The notes under the pieces were generated by a model that saw only the letters and a list, made by a program, of their open reading frames with translations, did no database searches and was not told the origin of the DNA. Made by a program: the position numbers and the translations under genes. DNA of 64,000 bases, taken from positions 1-64,000 of the IMG/VR virus record IMGVR_UViG_3300012996_000001, one strand, 5' to 3'. The first letter of the stretch is position 1. Each line of letters starts with the position of its first letter. Positions 9,196 to 18,488 of the stretch are shown here, in pieces. Origin of the DNA: a virus (lineage: Duplodnaviria > Heunggongvirae > Uroviricota > Caudoviricetes).

Positions 9196-9399
9196 ATGAA
9201 AGATTGTGTAAATAGCATAGTGGCCTTTGGGATGAATCAAAAAGAACTCGACATTGTCTGTTTTGTGGCATTCGTCACAGGAATCGTCCTGTTTGGTCGT
9301 TGGATGATCAACTATCTTAACGCCCCTGTTGGAAAAGAGATGGATCGTTCATTCTTATCTGTTGACTTGGAGAGAGAAAATGCATCTCGTCGTAAGTGA
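9196..9399 (+). CDS. small membrane protein
   Basis: Internal ATG preceded by a GGAGA RBS. One TM helix. Confidence 0.35.
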   Translation: MKDCVNSIVAFGMNQKELDIVCFVAFVTGIVLFGRWMINYLNAPVGKEMDRSFLSVDLERENASRRK

Positions 9400-9685
9400 A
9401 AATTTGGCCGAACATTTAGAAAAAATATACCTGGCACAGCCTAAACCTCGTTTCTACGGCTGGTGCTTGGATATCAATAACCAACTGGAGTTCTTAGAGA
9501 GCAAACTCAAGCAGTTTGACTTGGAATTCACAGTTGAAGATTTCACTCAAGACGGCGATAGCCTGCGTGTTACAGTGTCAGGCGATCCTGACCAAGTATC
9601 TCGTATGGATATGGCTCTTCTTGTCTACTCAAATGCAAAGTCAATGCAATACTTGGTTACTTTGCGACATATGGATAAGGAATAA
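9380..9685 (+). CDS. hypothetical protein
   Basis: ATG with a GGAGAGAGAAA RBS. The ORF track starts it at 9329. Confidence 0.4.
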   Translation: MHLVVSENLAEHLEKIYLAQPKPRFYGWCLDINNQLEFLESKLKQFDLEFTVEDFTQDGDSLRVTVSGDPDQVSRMDMALLVYSNAKSMQYLVTLRHMDKE

Positions 9686-9686
9686 C

Positions 9687-10442
9687 ATGCCAAGACGTTT
9701 AATCATTATCTCTGGGGCGGGCACGGGTGCGGAGAGTGGTATCCGTACTTTCAGGACCGACGAAGTTTCGGGCAAGTCGCTGTGGGACGAGTACGATGTT
9801 GAAGAAGTCTGCAACATCCACTCATTCAATGTGGGTTTTTACTCAAAAACCCATGAGTTTTATAATGACCGCCGTGTAGAGTTAGCCGGGGTGCAGCCTA
9901 ATGCTTTCCACCACCAAGTTGCGGAGTGGTACAAGTCTTACCCGGGGCTTGTTAAGAACATCACGACGAACGTCGATGATCTTCTTGAGCGGGCCGGAAT
10001 ACCTGCCCCTGCTATCCTGCATGTTCATGGATACCTACCTGAGGTAATTTTGCAAAAGGGGCCGGGCGATCCTAAAAAGATCGTAGATATAGGATACTCT
10101 CGCCTTAACCCTGAGGATTACCACTGGTGTAAACCCAACGTGGTATTTTTCGGAGAGTATCCTCCTCAGTACGCAGAAATGAACCGGGAACTTAGCGATC
10201 TTAGTGGTCAAGATTTGGTGATTGTGGTAGGTTGCAGTGGTGTGGTTATAGATTTTATCTATGAGCTTGTAACCTACCAGCACTACGGCAATTACAAGAT
10301 CTGGTGTGTTAATCCCAAGCCGAGCAATTATGAAGTGCAAAAAGGGGAGGATGGGGATATCGTCCTTTGGAAAGGAACGGCTGTTGAGGTTTTTGAGAGT
10401 AAAAACTTCATTGCGGCGGTAGAGAAACATATGGAGGGCTAA
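9687..10442 (+). CDS. Sir2-family NAD-dependent protein (deacylase / ADP-ribosyltransferase-like)
   Basis: N-terminal Rossmann motif IISGAGTGAESGIRTFR matches the sirtuin GAGISAESGIPTFRG motif. ATG at 9687 is in the 9516 ORF frame. Confidence 0.7.
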   Translation: MPRRLIIISGAGTGAESGIRTFRTDEVSGKSLWDEYDVEEVCNIHSFNVGFYSKTHEFYNDRRVELAGVQPNAFHHQVAEWYKSYPGLVKNITTNVDDLLERAGIPAPAILHVHGYLPEVILQKGPGDPKKIVDIGYSRLNPEDYHWCKPNVVFFGEYPPQYAEMNRELSDLSGQDLVIVVGCSGVVIDFIYELVTYQHYGNYKIWCVNPKPSNYEVQKGEDGDIVLWKGTAVEVFESKNFIAAVEKHMEG

Positions 10443-10867
10443 TGAGTAATAAAGAGTTAAGTTCTTTCCTTGAGCGGTTGAAGGAAACTTCTGCCATTGT
10501 GGAAACGTGGCCGGATTGGAAGAAAAATCAGTTAGGTGCTGAATATGTTACAAGGAACCATCAAGAAGAATTAGATCCTGACGAAATGGAGTTTGAAAGT
10601 CCCGAGGGTAGCGTATGGATCGTTGCTGTAGACATACAGGGCCTGGTTACTATTCTTAAAGCACCCAATATCCATTACAGTTATTTTGATAATGGTAAAA
10701 GTGCGGAAGACATTGGTTTGCCTTGCGAAGTGGAAGATGTTGGCCCTGGCGTATATCGCTGGACTTGCGACTTGATTTCAAGCAAAGACTGGGAAACTGG
10801 GATTGTGGACGACTACGAGTTCCAAGTAGAAAAGCAAGAGCTGTTGTGGTCACCGGAAAGTGCTTGA
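10442..10867 (+). CDS. hypothetical protein (141 aa)
   Basis: ATGA overlap with the Sir2 stop, suggesting translational coupling. Confidence 0.45.
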   Translation: MSNKELSSFLERLKETSAIVETWPDWKKNQLGAEYVTRNHQEELDPDEMEFESPEGSVWIVAVDIQGLVTILKAPNIHYSYFDNGKSAEDIGLPCEVEDVGPGVYRWTCDLISSKDWETGIVDDYEFQVEKQELLWSPESA

Positions 10868-10953
10868 CGTCTTAAATTTTATTGCGGTATTCTTAATCGG
10901 CAGCGGGCTTTCTCTCGCTGCCTTGACAATAGTTGCTTTACGAAGGAGAAACA

Positions 10954-12321
10954 ATGTCCAATGTGACAAGTATTATCGCCCAACTGGCGGCGACACGATC
11001 ACCCAAAGAGAAAGAAGTAATTCTCCGGGCTAACCAAGACAACGCAGTTTTACGCGAGGTGTTTCGCCTGGCGTACTCTAAAGAGATGAATTTCTTTGTC
11101 AGAAACTTCAAAGTGGTCCCTATTGCAACACCGGGACTGAATACGCTGGCAGAATCTCTGGACATGCTGGTAGAGAACATTGCTGGCCGTGTTTACACGG
11201 GCGATGATGCACGCTCTTTTCTGACACAACTTGTACAGACCTGCTCAGAGCCGGACACCCTGCTAAAAGTTATCAATCGTGACTTAGAATGCGGGATCCA
11301 AACCACGCTGACTAACAAGGTCTGGAAGGATTTGGTCACCGAACCTCCATACCAGAGCTACACCCTGTTCAAAGAGGATCTGCTGCGTAAGTTCAACTAT
11401 GTCGGTGCTTTCTCCGACGAAAAGATGGACGGCCTGTATGCGGACATCATGGTGTGGCCTGAGCAGGTGATCTATCGCTCACGTTCAGGCAAGGAACTTA
11501 ACTTCCGAGTCCCTTCTGTCGTAGAAGATGAATTACGTCAAGCCGCTGTTGGATTAGGCCCTTTCGTAGTTCACGGAGAGGGTCTTGTTATCGACGATAG
11601 CCCTAATGGTTTCATGGAGAGGGCAGAGGGCAACGGTTACCTTAATCAAGACTCTGATGAAATAGACCGTGATCGTGTCTGCCTGGTGGTTTGGGATATG
11701 GTATCGATGGAAGAATATATCTCTCGAAAATCAAAAACACCCTACTCCGAGCGCAGAACAAATACCCGAGCCTTGGCTGCTGGTGTCTTTCAATATCGTC
11801 ACTTCAAGATGGTCAAGGGTCGCGAGATTAACAGCCTCAAAGAGGCTATCGAGCACTTCATCGAGATGCGTCTCCAGAAGAAGGAAGGGACTGTACTTAA
11901 AGAGGCAGCTATGCCTTGGGGAGACAACAAAACCAAGAAAGGTGTCAAGCTGAAGAATGAGTTTGACGTTGACCTGGAAGTTGTAGCCACTTTGCCACAC
12001 AAGAAGGATCCTTCTTTGGTCGGGGCTCTTATTTGCCAAACCCGTGATGGTCTCTTGGAAGTTGGTGTTGGATCAGGTCTGACTGATGCTCTTCGTAAGC
12101 AGCCTCCTGAGTATTTTATCGGTCAGATTATCACAATCAAGGCTAACGATATTACGAAATCTGAGACCAAGTTGTTGCAGTCTTTGTTCCTGCCGCGCCT
12201 GAACTACAAGTTTGTTGAGATCCGCCGGGACAAGTCGGTGGCTAACAGCTTAGAGGAAGTGATTGAGGCTTCGGATTCTCTGCTGGAACTGCTTCGTAAA
12301 ATTGCGGAGGAGATTGTATGA
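10954..12321 (+). CDS. ATP-dependent DNA ligase, T4 gp30-like
   Basis: Aligns by eye with T4 ligase: N-terminal ...KEKEVIL..NAVLREVFRLAYS, RDLECGI, motif I KMDG (T4 has KADG) and C-terminal LPHKKDPSLVGALIC (T4: HRKDPTKAGGFILE). Confidence 0.75.
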   Translation: MSNVTSIIAQLAATRSPKEKEVILRANQDNAVLREVFRLAYSKEMNFFVRNFKVVPIATPGLNTLAESLDMLVENIAGRVYTGDDARSFLTQLVQTCSEPDTLLKVINRDLECGIQTTLTNKVWKDLVTEPPYQSYTLFKEDLLRKFNYVGAFSDEKMDGLYADIMVWPEQVIYRSRSGKELNFRVPSVVEDELRQAAVGLGPFVVHGEGLVIDDSPNGFMERAEGNGYLNQDSDEIDRDRVCLVVWDMVSMEEYISRKSKTPYSERRTNTRALAAGVFQYRHFKMVKGREINSLKEAIEHFIEMRLQKKEGTVLKEAAMPWGDNKTKKGVKLKNEFDVDLEVVATLPHKKDPSLVGALICQTRDGLLEVGVGSGLTDALRKQPPEYFIGQIITIKANDITKSETKLLQSLFLPRLNYKFVEIRRDKSVANSLEEVIEASDSLLELLRKIAEEIV

Positions 12322-12743
12322 GTCCGGGAGGTGTATTGTGGTTAGTTTTAGCTGCGTTGGCGTTGTTTGGGTGGACTTATATCAGTAAAATACACCCGCT
12401 AGTTATGACTCGACCTCCGGTGAAGAAAATTCTCGAATTGGTTTCTTGCCAGGATGGTTTTTGCATTGATGATAACCCAGCAGACAAGAGTTGTGATTTC
12501 ATCTTGCACGACACGGTGACCGCCGCTAAGACAGAGATAACGCGAGATTGTTTTTCTGGACATATTCTTTTCGAAGGTGACTTTGATTGGATGAACCAGT
12601 TCGAAAGAAAACGGCTGCATGATGTTCTGTGCAAAATCCATAAGGATCGCGTTTCAAAATACCAAGAAGCTTGTCGTGTGGAGAAAAAGGCCAGCGATGA
12701 AAGAAATCGTGAGGCTGCAATTAAAATTTACGAAAACCGTTGA
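12318..12743 (+). CDS. hypothetical membrane-anchored protein (141 aa)
   Basis: N-terminal TM segment; overlaps the ligase stop. Confidence 0.4.
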   Translation: MSPGGVLWLVLAALALFGWTYISKIHPLVMTRPPVKKILELVSCQDGFCIDDNPADKSCDFILHDTVTAAKTEITRDCFSGHILFEGDFDWMNQFERKRLHDVLCKIHKDRVSKYQEACRVEKKASDERNREAAIKIYENR

Positions 12744-12767
12744 CAGTTTGAAGGGGTCGTGTAGAAT
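12740..12767 (+). promoter_or_regulatory. promoter TTGACAGT-N16-TAGAATGA
   Basis: Nearly identical to the nrdB promoter at 27558-27585. Confidence 0.45.
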
Positions 12768-12796
12768 GACCCCTACCACAACAGAAGGAGTTATTG

Positions 12797-13210
12797 ATGT
12801 CAAAGCAGTTCATTAAAGATGCAATCCGTACCGAGTCACCAAATTTCTTTATCGAAAAGGTCGACCCGCGTCTTCTCCATGCCGCAATTGGATTGGGGAC
12901 TGAAGCAGGAGAGATCCAAGACGCTCTTAAAAAGACTATCTATTACGGCAAAGACCTCGACTTAGTTAACCTGAAAGAGGAAGTCGGCGACATTTTGTGG
13001 TACTTAGCAATTGCAATGGATGTTCTCAACACAGATTTCGATAGTGAGCAGGACCGTGTTATCCGCAAGCTGAAGGCTCGTTACCCGAGTAAGTTCGAGA
13101 ACGACCTGGCGGAAAACCGCGACATTGCAGCCGAGCGCAAGATTCTGGAAACTGAATCCAAAGGATTCAACAAAGGTCATCCCGCATATGTTCCGGGAAT
13201 TGACGATTAG
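12797..13210 (+). CDS. MazG-like nucleoside triphosphate pyrophosphohydrolase
   Basis: All-alpha NTP-PPase pattern HAAIGLGTEAGEIQD ... EEVGDILWYL. Confidence 0.6.
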   Translation: MSKQFIKDAIRTESPNFFIEKVDPRLLHAAIGLGTEAGEIQDALKKTIYYGKDLDLVNLKEEVGDILWYLAIAMDVLNTDFDSEQDRVIRKLKARYPSKFENDLAENRDIAAERKILETESKGFNKGHPAYVPGIDD

Positions 13211-13275
13211 AAGTTGTTGACACACTAATATTTAACGGGCACAATGGCCCTACTTTAAACAAAGAGGAGATTAAG

Positions 13276-13605
13276 ATGTCTAAGCAAGACCTGATTAACA
13301 CCATCCCTTCAGACGAAGTGGCTCGTAAAAAGCTGGTGAACACTGTTAACGCGGCGGTCCAGTTAATGAAGGATATCAAAGGTTCTCAGGAAGACCTGAA
13401 AACCGTAATCGCGGTGGCGAAAGAGGATCAGAACATCGATCCTAAGTTCCTGAAGACACTTGTCAAGTTTGAATTTGACACCCAAGTGACAGCCGAGAAG
13501 AAGCGTGCTGAACTGGAGGCCCAAGTCGAACAGGTTAATGAACTGGACATCCTGATGGGACGTTCTGATATTGCAAAAACTGCCGTATTCGGCGGCGCTG
13601 AGTAA
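13276..13605 (+). CDS. hypothetical coiled-coil protein (109 aa)
   Basis: RBS AGGAGA. Confidence 0.45.
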   Translation: MSKQDLINTIPSDEVARKKLVNTVNAAVQLMKDIKGSQEDLKTVIAVAKEDQNIDPKFLKTLVKFEFDTQVTAEKKRAELEAQVEQVNELDILMGRSDIAKTAVFGGAE

Positions 13606-13796
13606 TGAAAATCCTGATCAATGTCTTACTGATGTTGATCTTCGCGGCAACGATGGTGGGATTTGTAATCCCACCTCTAATCTCCGGGGATACAATCAGC
13701 GCTATTCTGGGTGTTGTCTTACTGTTCGCGACTATCGTAGCTGAAGCGTACTGGGGCAAAAAGGTTTTCAAAAACGTCGTTAAGGAGAAACAATGA
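13605..13796 (+). CDS. small 2-TM membrane protein (63 aa)
   Basis: Directly upstream of the SPFH gene and overlapping it. Confidence 0.4.
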   Translation: MKILINVLLMLIFAATMVGFVIPPLISGDTISAILGVVLLFATIVAEAYWGKKVFKNVVKEKQ

Positions 13797-14635
13797 AATT
13801 TTTAAAAGGTATTCTGCTCACTGTAGCAATGATCTTCGCAGCTTCCGCACTAACTGGCTGCGACCGTGTAGTACCTGGTGAAGTAGGTATCAAGGTTAAC
13901 AAGCTGGGCGACGACAAAGGTGTGGGTGAGGTGGTTGGTGTAGGCCGATACTGGACCGGGTGGAACACCGAAGTATACACCTTCCCAACTTTCAAACAGA
14001 TGAAAACTTACGACGAACCCTTTAGTTTTCAGATGAGTGATGGTACGGCAATTGGTCACAAAATTGGTGTTGCTTACCGCGTAGATCCGGCTAAAGTTGC
14101 CACTGTTTTCCAAACCTACCGTAAAGGTGTTGATGACATTACGGAATCAGATTTGCGACAGAAGATTGCGGATAGTCTCAACCGTCTTGCATCCCGAATG
14201 ACGACAGACAAGTTCATCGACGGTGGTAAGGCAGACGTATTATCGGATGCGCTTAAAGATATTCAACGCGAGATGGGTCCGGTAGGTATTGATATTATCA
14301 GCCTGTCTTGGGTAGATAAGCCGATTTATCCAGATACAGTCATTGCTTCTATCAACGCAAAGGTAACGGCCAACCAGACTACATTGCAGCGTATTCAGGA
14401 AGTCCAACAGTCTAAGGCTGAGGCGGACAAAAAGATTGAAGAGGCCCGTGGTGAAGCTGAGTCTACCAAGCTGAAAGCACAGGCAGAAGCTGATGCAATT
14501 AACATTCGTGGTAATGCTTTACGATCAAACCCCGAGGTTCTGAAGCTTAACCTAATTGATAAGTGGGACGGTAAGCTGCCTGTGTACCAAGCAGGTGATG
14601 CACAGAATATTATTTCTCTGCCCTCTTCAAAATAA
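13793..14635 (+). CDS. SPFH/Band-7 (stomatin/prohibitin-like) lipoprotein
   Basis: Signal peptide with lipobox LTGC, followed by an SPFH-like core (GEVGIKVNKLG..., coiled-coil Q/A/E-rich C-terminus). Confidence 0.6.
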   Translation: MKFLKGILLTVAMIFAASALTGCDRVVPGEVGIKVNKLGDDKGVGEVVGVGRYWTGWNTEVYTFPTFKQMKTYDEPFSFQMSDGTAIGHKIGVAYRVDPAKVATVFQTYRKGVDDITESDLRQKIADSLNRLASRMTTDKFIDGGKADVLSDALKDIQREMGPVGIDIISLSWVDKPIYPDTVIASINAKVTANQTTLQRIQEVQQSKAEADKKIEEARGEAESTKLKAQAEADAINIRGNALRSNPEVLKLNLIDKWDGKLPVYQAGDAQNIISLPSSK

Positions 14636-14719
14636 GTCTTTACTTGTCGTAAAGAAAGCTGTAAATTGTAATCAAGCCGGGGATATTCCCCGGTATATAA
14701 TAATCAAAGGAGACCTTTT

Positions 14720-14956
14720 ATGAACATCAACTTCAACGACTCAACTTACGAGAAACTGCGCTTCCTGGCTGATAAAGAAGGCCGCTCAGTTGCTGCATTC
14801 GTCTCCATGCGTATGGATGAACTGACAGGCCAACTGGTCAATGTCGAATTTTCTCTGAATGATCTTCCCGAGGGTGTTCTCCCGGCGCACATGGACCCAA
14901 CCCCTCGCCCAGCGCCGAAGAATAAAGACCCGGTAACGTTCGACCCTTACCAGTAA
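14720..14956 (+). CDS. hypothetical protein (78 aa)
   Basis: RBS AAGGAG. Preceded by the palindrome CCGGGGATATTCCCCGG. Confidence 0.45.
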   Translation: MNINFNDSTYEKLRFLADKEGRSVAAFVSMRMDELTGQLVNVEFSLNDLPEGVLPAHMDPTPRPAPKNKDPVTFDPYQ

Positions 14957-14963
14957 AATAACA

Positions 14964-14985
14964 GCCGCCTTACGGCGGCTTTTTA
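14964..14985 (+). terminator. rho-independent terminator
   Basis: Stem GCCGCC/GGCGGC with loop TTAC, then a T5 run. Confidence 0.6.
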
Positions 14986-14986
14986 G

Positions 14987-15014
14987 TTGACAGCCTAAAA
15001 TTATCATGTATGCT
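14987..15014 (+). promoter_or_regulatory. promoter TTGACA-N16-TATGCT
   Basis: Immediately after the terminator. Confidence 0.4.
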
Positions 15015-15040
15015 GAAAATACCAAGCAAAGGAGATCATT

Positions 15041-15244
15041 ATGAACAATACTAAACTGATTGTAGCGAGTGTTCTGGCAGGATTATTTTTATCCTTTTCT
15101 GTGGCAGCGGCCAATACGTTGGACTTGGAAGACAGCTACCGAGATGGTGATCAGACTGTTTGCGTTTACAGCGATGGCCGACACACAGCGGTAGTTTACA
15201 AAGATGGCGCGGGTTCATGTCCTTCTAAGCATACGACGCACTGA
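15041..15244 (+). CDS. small secreted protein with signal peptide (67 aa)
   Basis: N-terminal signal peptide, AAA cleavage site and paired cysteines. Confidence 0.45.
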   Translation: MNNTKLIVASVLAGLFLSFSVAAANTLDLEDSYRDGDQTVCVYSDGRHTAVVYKDGAGSCPSKHTTH

Positions 15245-15250
15245 GGTAAT

Positions 15251-15625
15251 ATGGATTTTTTGGAAAAACCTATCCCCGAAAACCTGCCGGAAGTTTGCTA
15301 CAAAGTGGCAGATTGGTGGGATGGTCGAAAATTGCAAAGACGTATTGTGTGCGCCGCTAACCGCTTTAAACTGAAAGCGGGAGGTTTTGTTGTTGTACCT
15401 GGTGCAAGGCACTACTCGCCAGATATGGCTGCGGTTATTGACCTTATTGAAGGTCAGTTGGATACTCGCCACGTCTATGACGTAAACCAAGGATTCATCG
15501 ATCAATGGGGTGATTACCATACCCGGAAAGATGCTTTAGTTATCGCTACATACGCGGGCCAAATAAACACGGTAAGGCAGAAAGGTGCCCCTTATGATGA
15601 ACTTTTTAGTGAGGATCTGTACTGA
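15251..15625 (+). CDS. hypothetical protein (124 aa)
   Basis: ORF. No confident motif. Confidence 0.4.
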   Translation: MDFLEKPIPENLPEVCYKVADWWDGRKLQRRIVCAANRFKLKAGGFVVVPGARHYSPDMAAVIDLIEGQLDTRHVYDVNQGFIDQWGDYHTRKDALVIATYAGQINTVRQKGAPYDELFSEDLY

Positions 15626-15966
15626 TGAAAAAAGCCATATTGGAAGTGTCGGCAGTTGATGAGGAATCCCTTGTTGGTTTCCGAAAGATTGAACCCACAG
15701 GGCCCGCAGGGGAGAGGTTCGGCCTTTTCTTGCCTTCCTCTAAGGTGGGGTTAGAAAATATTGCTTTCGGGGAGCTTGCGACAATCGTCGAGAACAATAT
15801 TGGATTTGGAAGTAAATTCGATTATAAATTTAGCTATATCCATATTGGACAGGATCGGTTTAACCAAGACTCTATCGATCTTATCGTCGGGTGGATTAAT
15901 GATTTCCCGAGGACTGCGGATTGCCGCATAAGCCTGCCATTCTCACTTCTTTATGGGGAAGATTGA
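15625..15966 (+). CDS. hypothetical protein (113 aa)
   Basis: ORF. Confidence 0.4.
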   Translation: MKKAILEVSAVDEESLVGFRKIEPTGPAGERFGLFLPSSKVGLENIAFGELATIVENNIGFGSKFDYKFSYIHIGQDRFNQDSIDLIVGWINDFPRTADCRISLPFSLLYGED

Positions 15967-16537
15967 AATGAAAGTAACTGACAAACACGTCTTGTTCTAC
16001 TCTTACCAGGATATTTTTAGCAACCATTTCCGTTGTAAAAAGCCATTTGCCCTCCCTCGTCAAGAACAGGAGGGTGCCCAGTTTTACACGGGCGAACACT
16101 TCATGATGTACGAGAAGGCTAAACTTTTCGCGGATGATGACATCGCCCAAAAGATCCTGAAAGTTTGGCACCCGATGGAGGCTAAAAAACTTGGCCGACA
16201 GGTCCAGGGTTTCAAACAGGGGCTTTGGGAAGAGGTCCGTGAGAATGTCATGCAAGATCTGGTTTACTGCCGGATGCTCTATGATGATGTGGTTCGTAAG
16301 CAAGCGATAGAGCATCGCCTGGCGGGCCGCTCCTTCGTAGAAGCTTCTGACCGCGACCTTATCTGGGGTGTGGGTCTGTCAGAAAATAACCCGCTTATCC
16401 ATGATGAGCGTAACTGGCGCGGATTGAATCTTCTAGGCAAGTCTTGGGACAAATCAACAGATAAGCTGATGAATATGTATGGAGGCTATGATCGAGTAAG
16501 GAAACAGTTTGAAATAGCCGACATTATTCGAGGTTAA
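15953..16537 (+). CDS. NADAR-domain protein (YbiA/DUF1768-like)
   Basis: Core pattern FSNHF...EHFMMYEKAKLFADDDIAQKI...AKKLGR..W...V.....Y..V..KF.Q.P.L...L..T....L.E.S..D..WG.G...N..G.NLLG..LM matches the NADAR family signature. An alternative start at 15968 is possible. Confidence 0.6.
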   Translation: MGKIEMKVTDKHVLFYSYQDIFSNHFRCKKPFALPRQEQEGAQFYTGEHFMMYEKAKLFADDDIAQKILKVWHPMEAKKLGRQVQGFKQGLWEEVRENVMQDLVYCRMLYDDVVRKQAIEHRLAGRSFVEASDRDLIWGVGLSENNPLIHDERNWRGLNLLGKSWDKSTDKLMNMYGGYDRVRKQFEIADIIRG

Positions 16538-16540
16538 ATT

Positions 16541-17044
16541 TTGAAGATTAAACATAAGATTTGTCTGATACCCCAAACCGCATGGGACAATAACCTGCGC
16601 TCTTATCTTACAAAAGCGGGTTGGGATAAAGTCCGGCGTAAGTGCTATGCCGAACACAACCACACCTGCCAGATATGTGGGGGACAGGGGGGCAATGGAA
16701 GAAAACATCCGGTAGAGTGTCATGAGGAGTGGACATTCTCTGATGGTGAGGTTAAGCTGGTTGGCTTAATGTGTTTATGCCCTCCATGCCATGAATTTCA
16801 CCACCCCGGTCTTGCCCAAGTGAACGGTAAGCTTGACAGGGCTATCCGTCAGTTTATGAAGGTTAATAACATCAGCCGAGAAGAGGCTATTAGTTACTTC
16901 AAGGCTGAGTTTACCCTTTGGAGGGCAAGAAGTAACCAAGATTGGTCATTAAATATCGACTACTTGAGTGAGTACATGGGGGCGGATTTTAAGTACAAGC
17001 GCCCAGTTAAGGAAGACAAAGACGACTTTGGTGATGCGTTTTAA
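16541..17044 (+). CDS. HNH/zinc-binding nuclease-like protein
   Basis: Cys/His cluster CQICGG...HPVECHEEW...LCPPCHEFHH. Confidence 0.4.
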   Translation: MKIKHKICLIPQTAWDNNLRSYLTKAGWDKVRRKCYAEHNHTCQICGGQGGNGRKHPVECHEEWTFSDGEVKLVGLMCLCPPCHEFHHPGLAQVNGKLDRAIRQFMKVNNISREEAISYFKAEFTLWRARSNQDWSLNIDYLSEYMGADFKYKRPVKEDKDDFGDAF

Positions 17045-17055
17045 TAGGAGCGAGT

Positions 17056-18168
17056 ATGCCTTATCCGGTTGTTGAAAACTGGCGAGATATTGTTGCAAGT
17101 GATGCCACGATTGTTTTAGACTTAGACCAGACCTGTTATGTAGCAGCGGCGGGAGCGGAGAAGAGAACAATCATAGTCAAACACCTTAAATCAGGCCGGG
17201 AAATGGAGTTTAAGAACCGTACTGATTTTTATGGCCGTCAGAAAAACGTAGTTGGTGGGTGGCTAAAGGATCAGAACACCAACATGGAAGCGAAGGCGGT
17301 TGCCGCAGGAAAAACCTTCACACCTTGGACCCGAGATGATTTTGTAATCACGGACAAACAAGAGGCTGAGCCTGTAGAAAATTGCCTTCACCTGTTGAAG
17401 ATCAAGATCAATGCTATCCTTGAGCACATGGAATCCTCAAATGGCTTGGGTGTTCTTGGTGGTGATAATAATTTCCGCCTGGTTCTTCCTACCCCTGAAA
17501 TTTATAAGGGGAACCGTGAAGATACCATCCGACCTCTTCTTTTGGCAGAGACTCGTGCTTACGTTCAGAGGAAATACGGTGCGATTGTGATTGACGGCAT
17601 TGAAGCCGATGACTACCTGACGATGAAACAGTATCAGGGTTGGTTGGATTACAAGAAAACAGGTAAATTCAGTCATGTTGTTGCATCGTTCGATAAGGAT
17701 CAGGTGCAGTGCCCCGGGCTCATCTTCAATACGATGCGGGATTCCACTGAAAAGAACTGGAAGCATCCTTTACCTTGGATGATCGACGAGTCTATGGGTG
17801 AGATCTGGATGGAGAAGAGTAAGGTCAAGGGTTGGGGTAAGAAATTCTTTGGCTACCAGATGTTGTTTGGTGATACATCAGATAACGTGAAGCCATACCA
17901 GAACTTTGATAAGATCAAATTCGGTGAGACAGCGGCTTTCAAGGTTATTTCTCCTTGCCAAGATGAGAAGGAGATGTGGACTGCGATTGTCGATCAGTAC
18001 AAGAAATGGTTCCCTGACGGTGTTGAGTTTACTGACCACATGGGGATCGCTCGTAAGTTCACCCCCGGTCAGTGGGCTTCGGTTATTTTCCAGGCTGTCT
18101 ATATGAAGCGCACGGAAAAAGACTCAACAACACTGGCGAAGGTTCTCAGAAAACAAGGCGTGGTCTAA
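17056..18168 (+). CDS. 5'-3' exonuclease / flap endonuclease, T4 RNase H / T5 D15-like
   Basis: YKGNRED (T4 RNase H YKKNRG, T5 D15 YKGNRDE) and GIEADDYLT (T4 YEADDHIA, T5 GVEADD) acidic metal-binding motifs, plus N-terminal LDLDQ. Confidence 0.65.
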   Translation: MPYPVVENWRDIVASDATIVLDLDQTCYVAAAGAEKRTIIVKHLKSGREMEFKNRTDFYGRQKNVVGGWLKDQNTNMEAKAVAAGKTFTPWTRDDFVITDKQEAEPVENCLHLLKIKINAILEHMESSNGLGVLGGDNNFRLVLPTPEIYKGNREDTIRPLLLAETRAYVQRKYGAIVIDGIEADDYLTMKQYQGWLDYKKTGKFSHVVASFDKDQVQCPGLIFNTMRDSTEKNWKHPLPWMIDESMGEIWMEKSKVKGWGKKFFGYQMLFGDTSDNVKPYQNFDKIKFGETAAFKVISPCQDEKEMWTAIVDQYKKWFPDGVEFTDHMGIARKFTPGQWASVIFQAVYMKRTEKDSTTLAKVLRKQGVV

Positions 18169-18488
18169 TGACTAAATTTTTGGACGCAGATATTGAAAAA
18201 ATGATGCGTGCAGACGCTATAAGGGCAGCTATGCTGCCCGGTAAGCGTAAGACGTTCTATCTGGTTGAGCAACCTTGGACAATGCGGGAGGAGCCTTGGA
18301 GGATTCAGTGGACAGATCCTAAGTCGAAAGAACTTTGCGAGGTTACTCCGGTTGGTGTTCCGGTTACCGGGGATCGTTACTGCATGTTCACTACGTTCTC
18401 CAAAGAGGAGAATGTAGTACGTAATTACGTGTTTTTGGCAGACCAATACCATTTTAGTGGAGAATCAGATGCGCCTGTTGACGATTGA
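18168..18488 (+). CDS. hypothetical protein (106 aa)
   Basis: ATG overlaps the upstream stop (TAATG). Confidence 0.4.
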   Translation: MTKFLDADIEKMMRADAIRAAMLPGKRKTFYLVEQPWTMREEPWRIQWTDPKSKELCEVTPVGVPVTGDRYCMFTTFSKEENVVRNYVFLADQYHFSGESDAPVDD

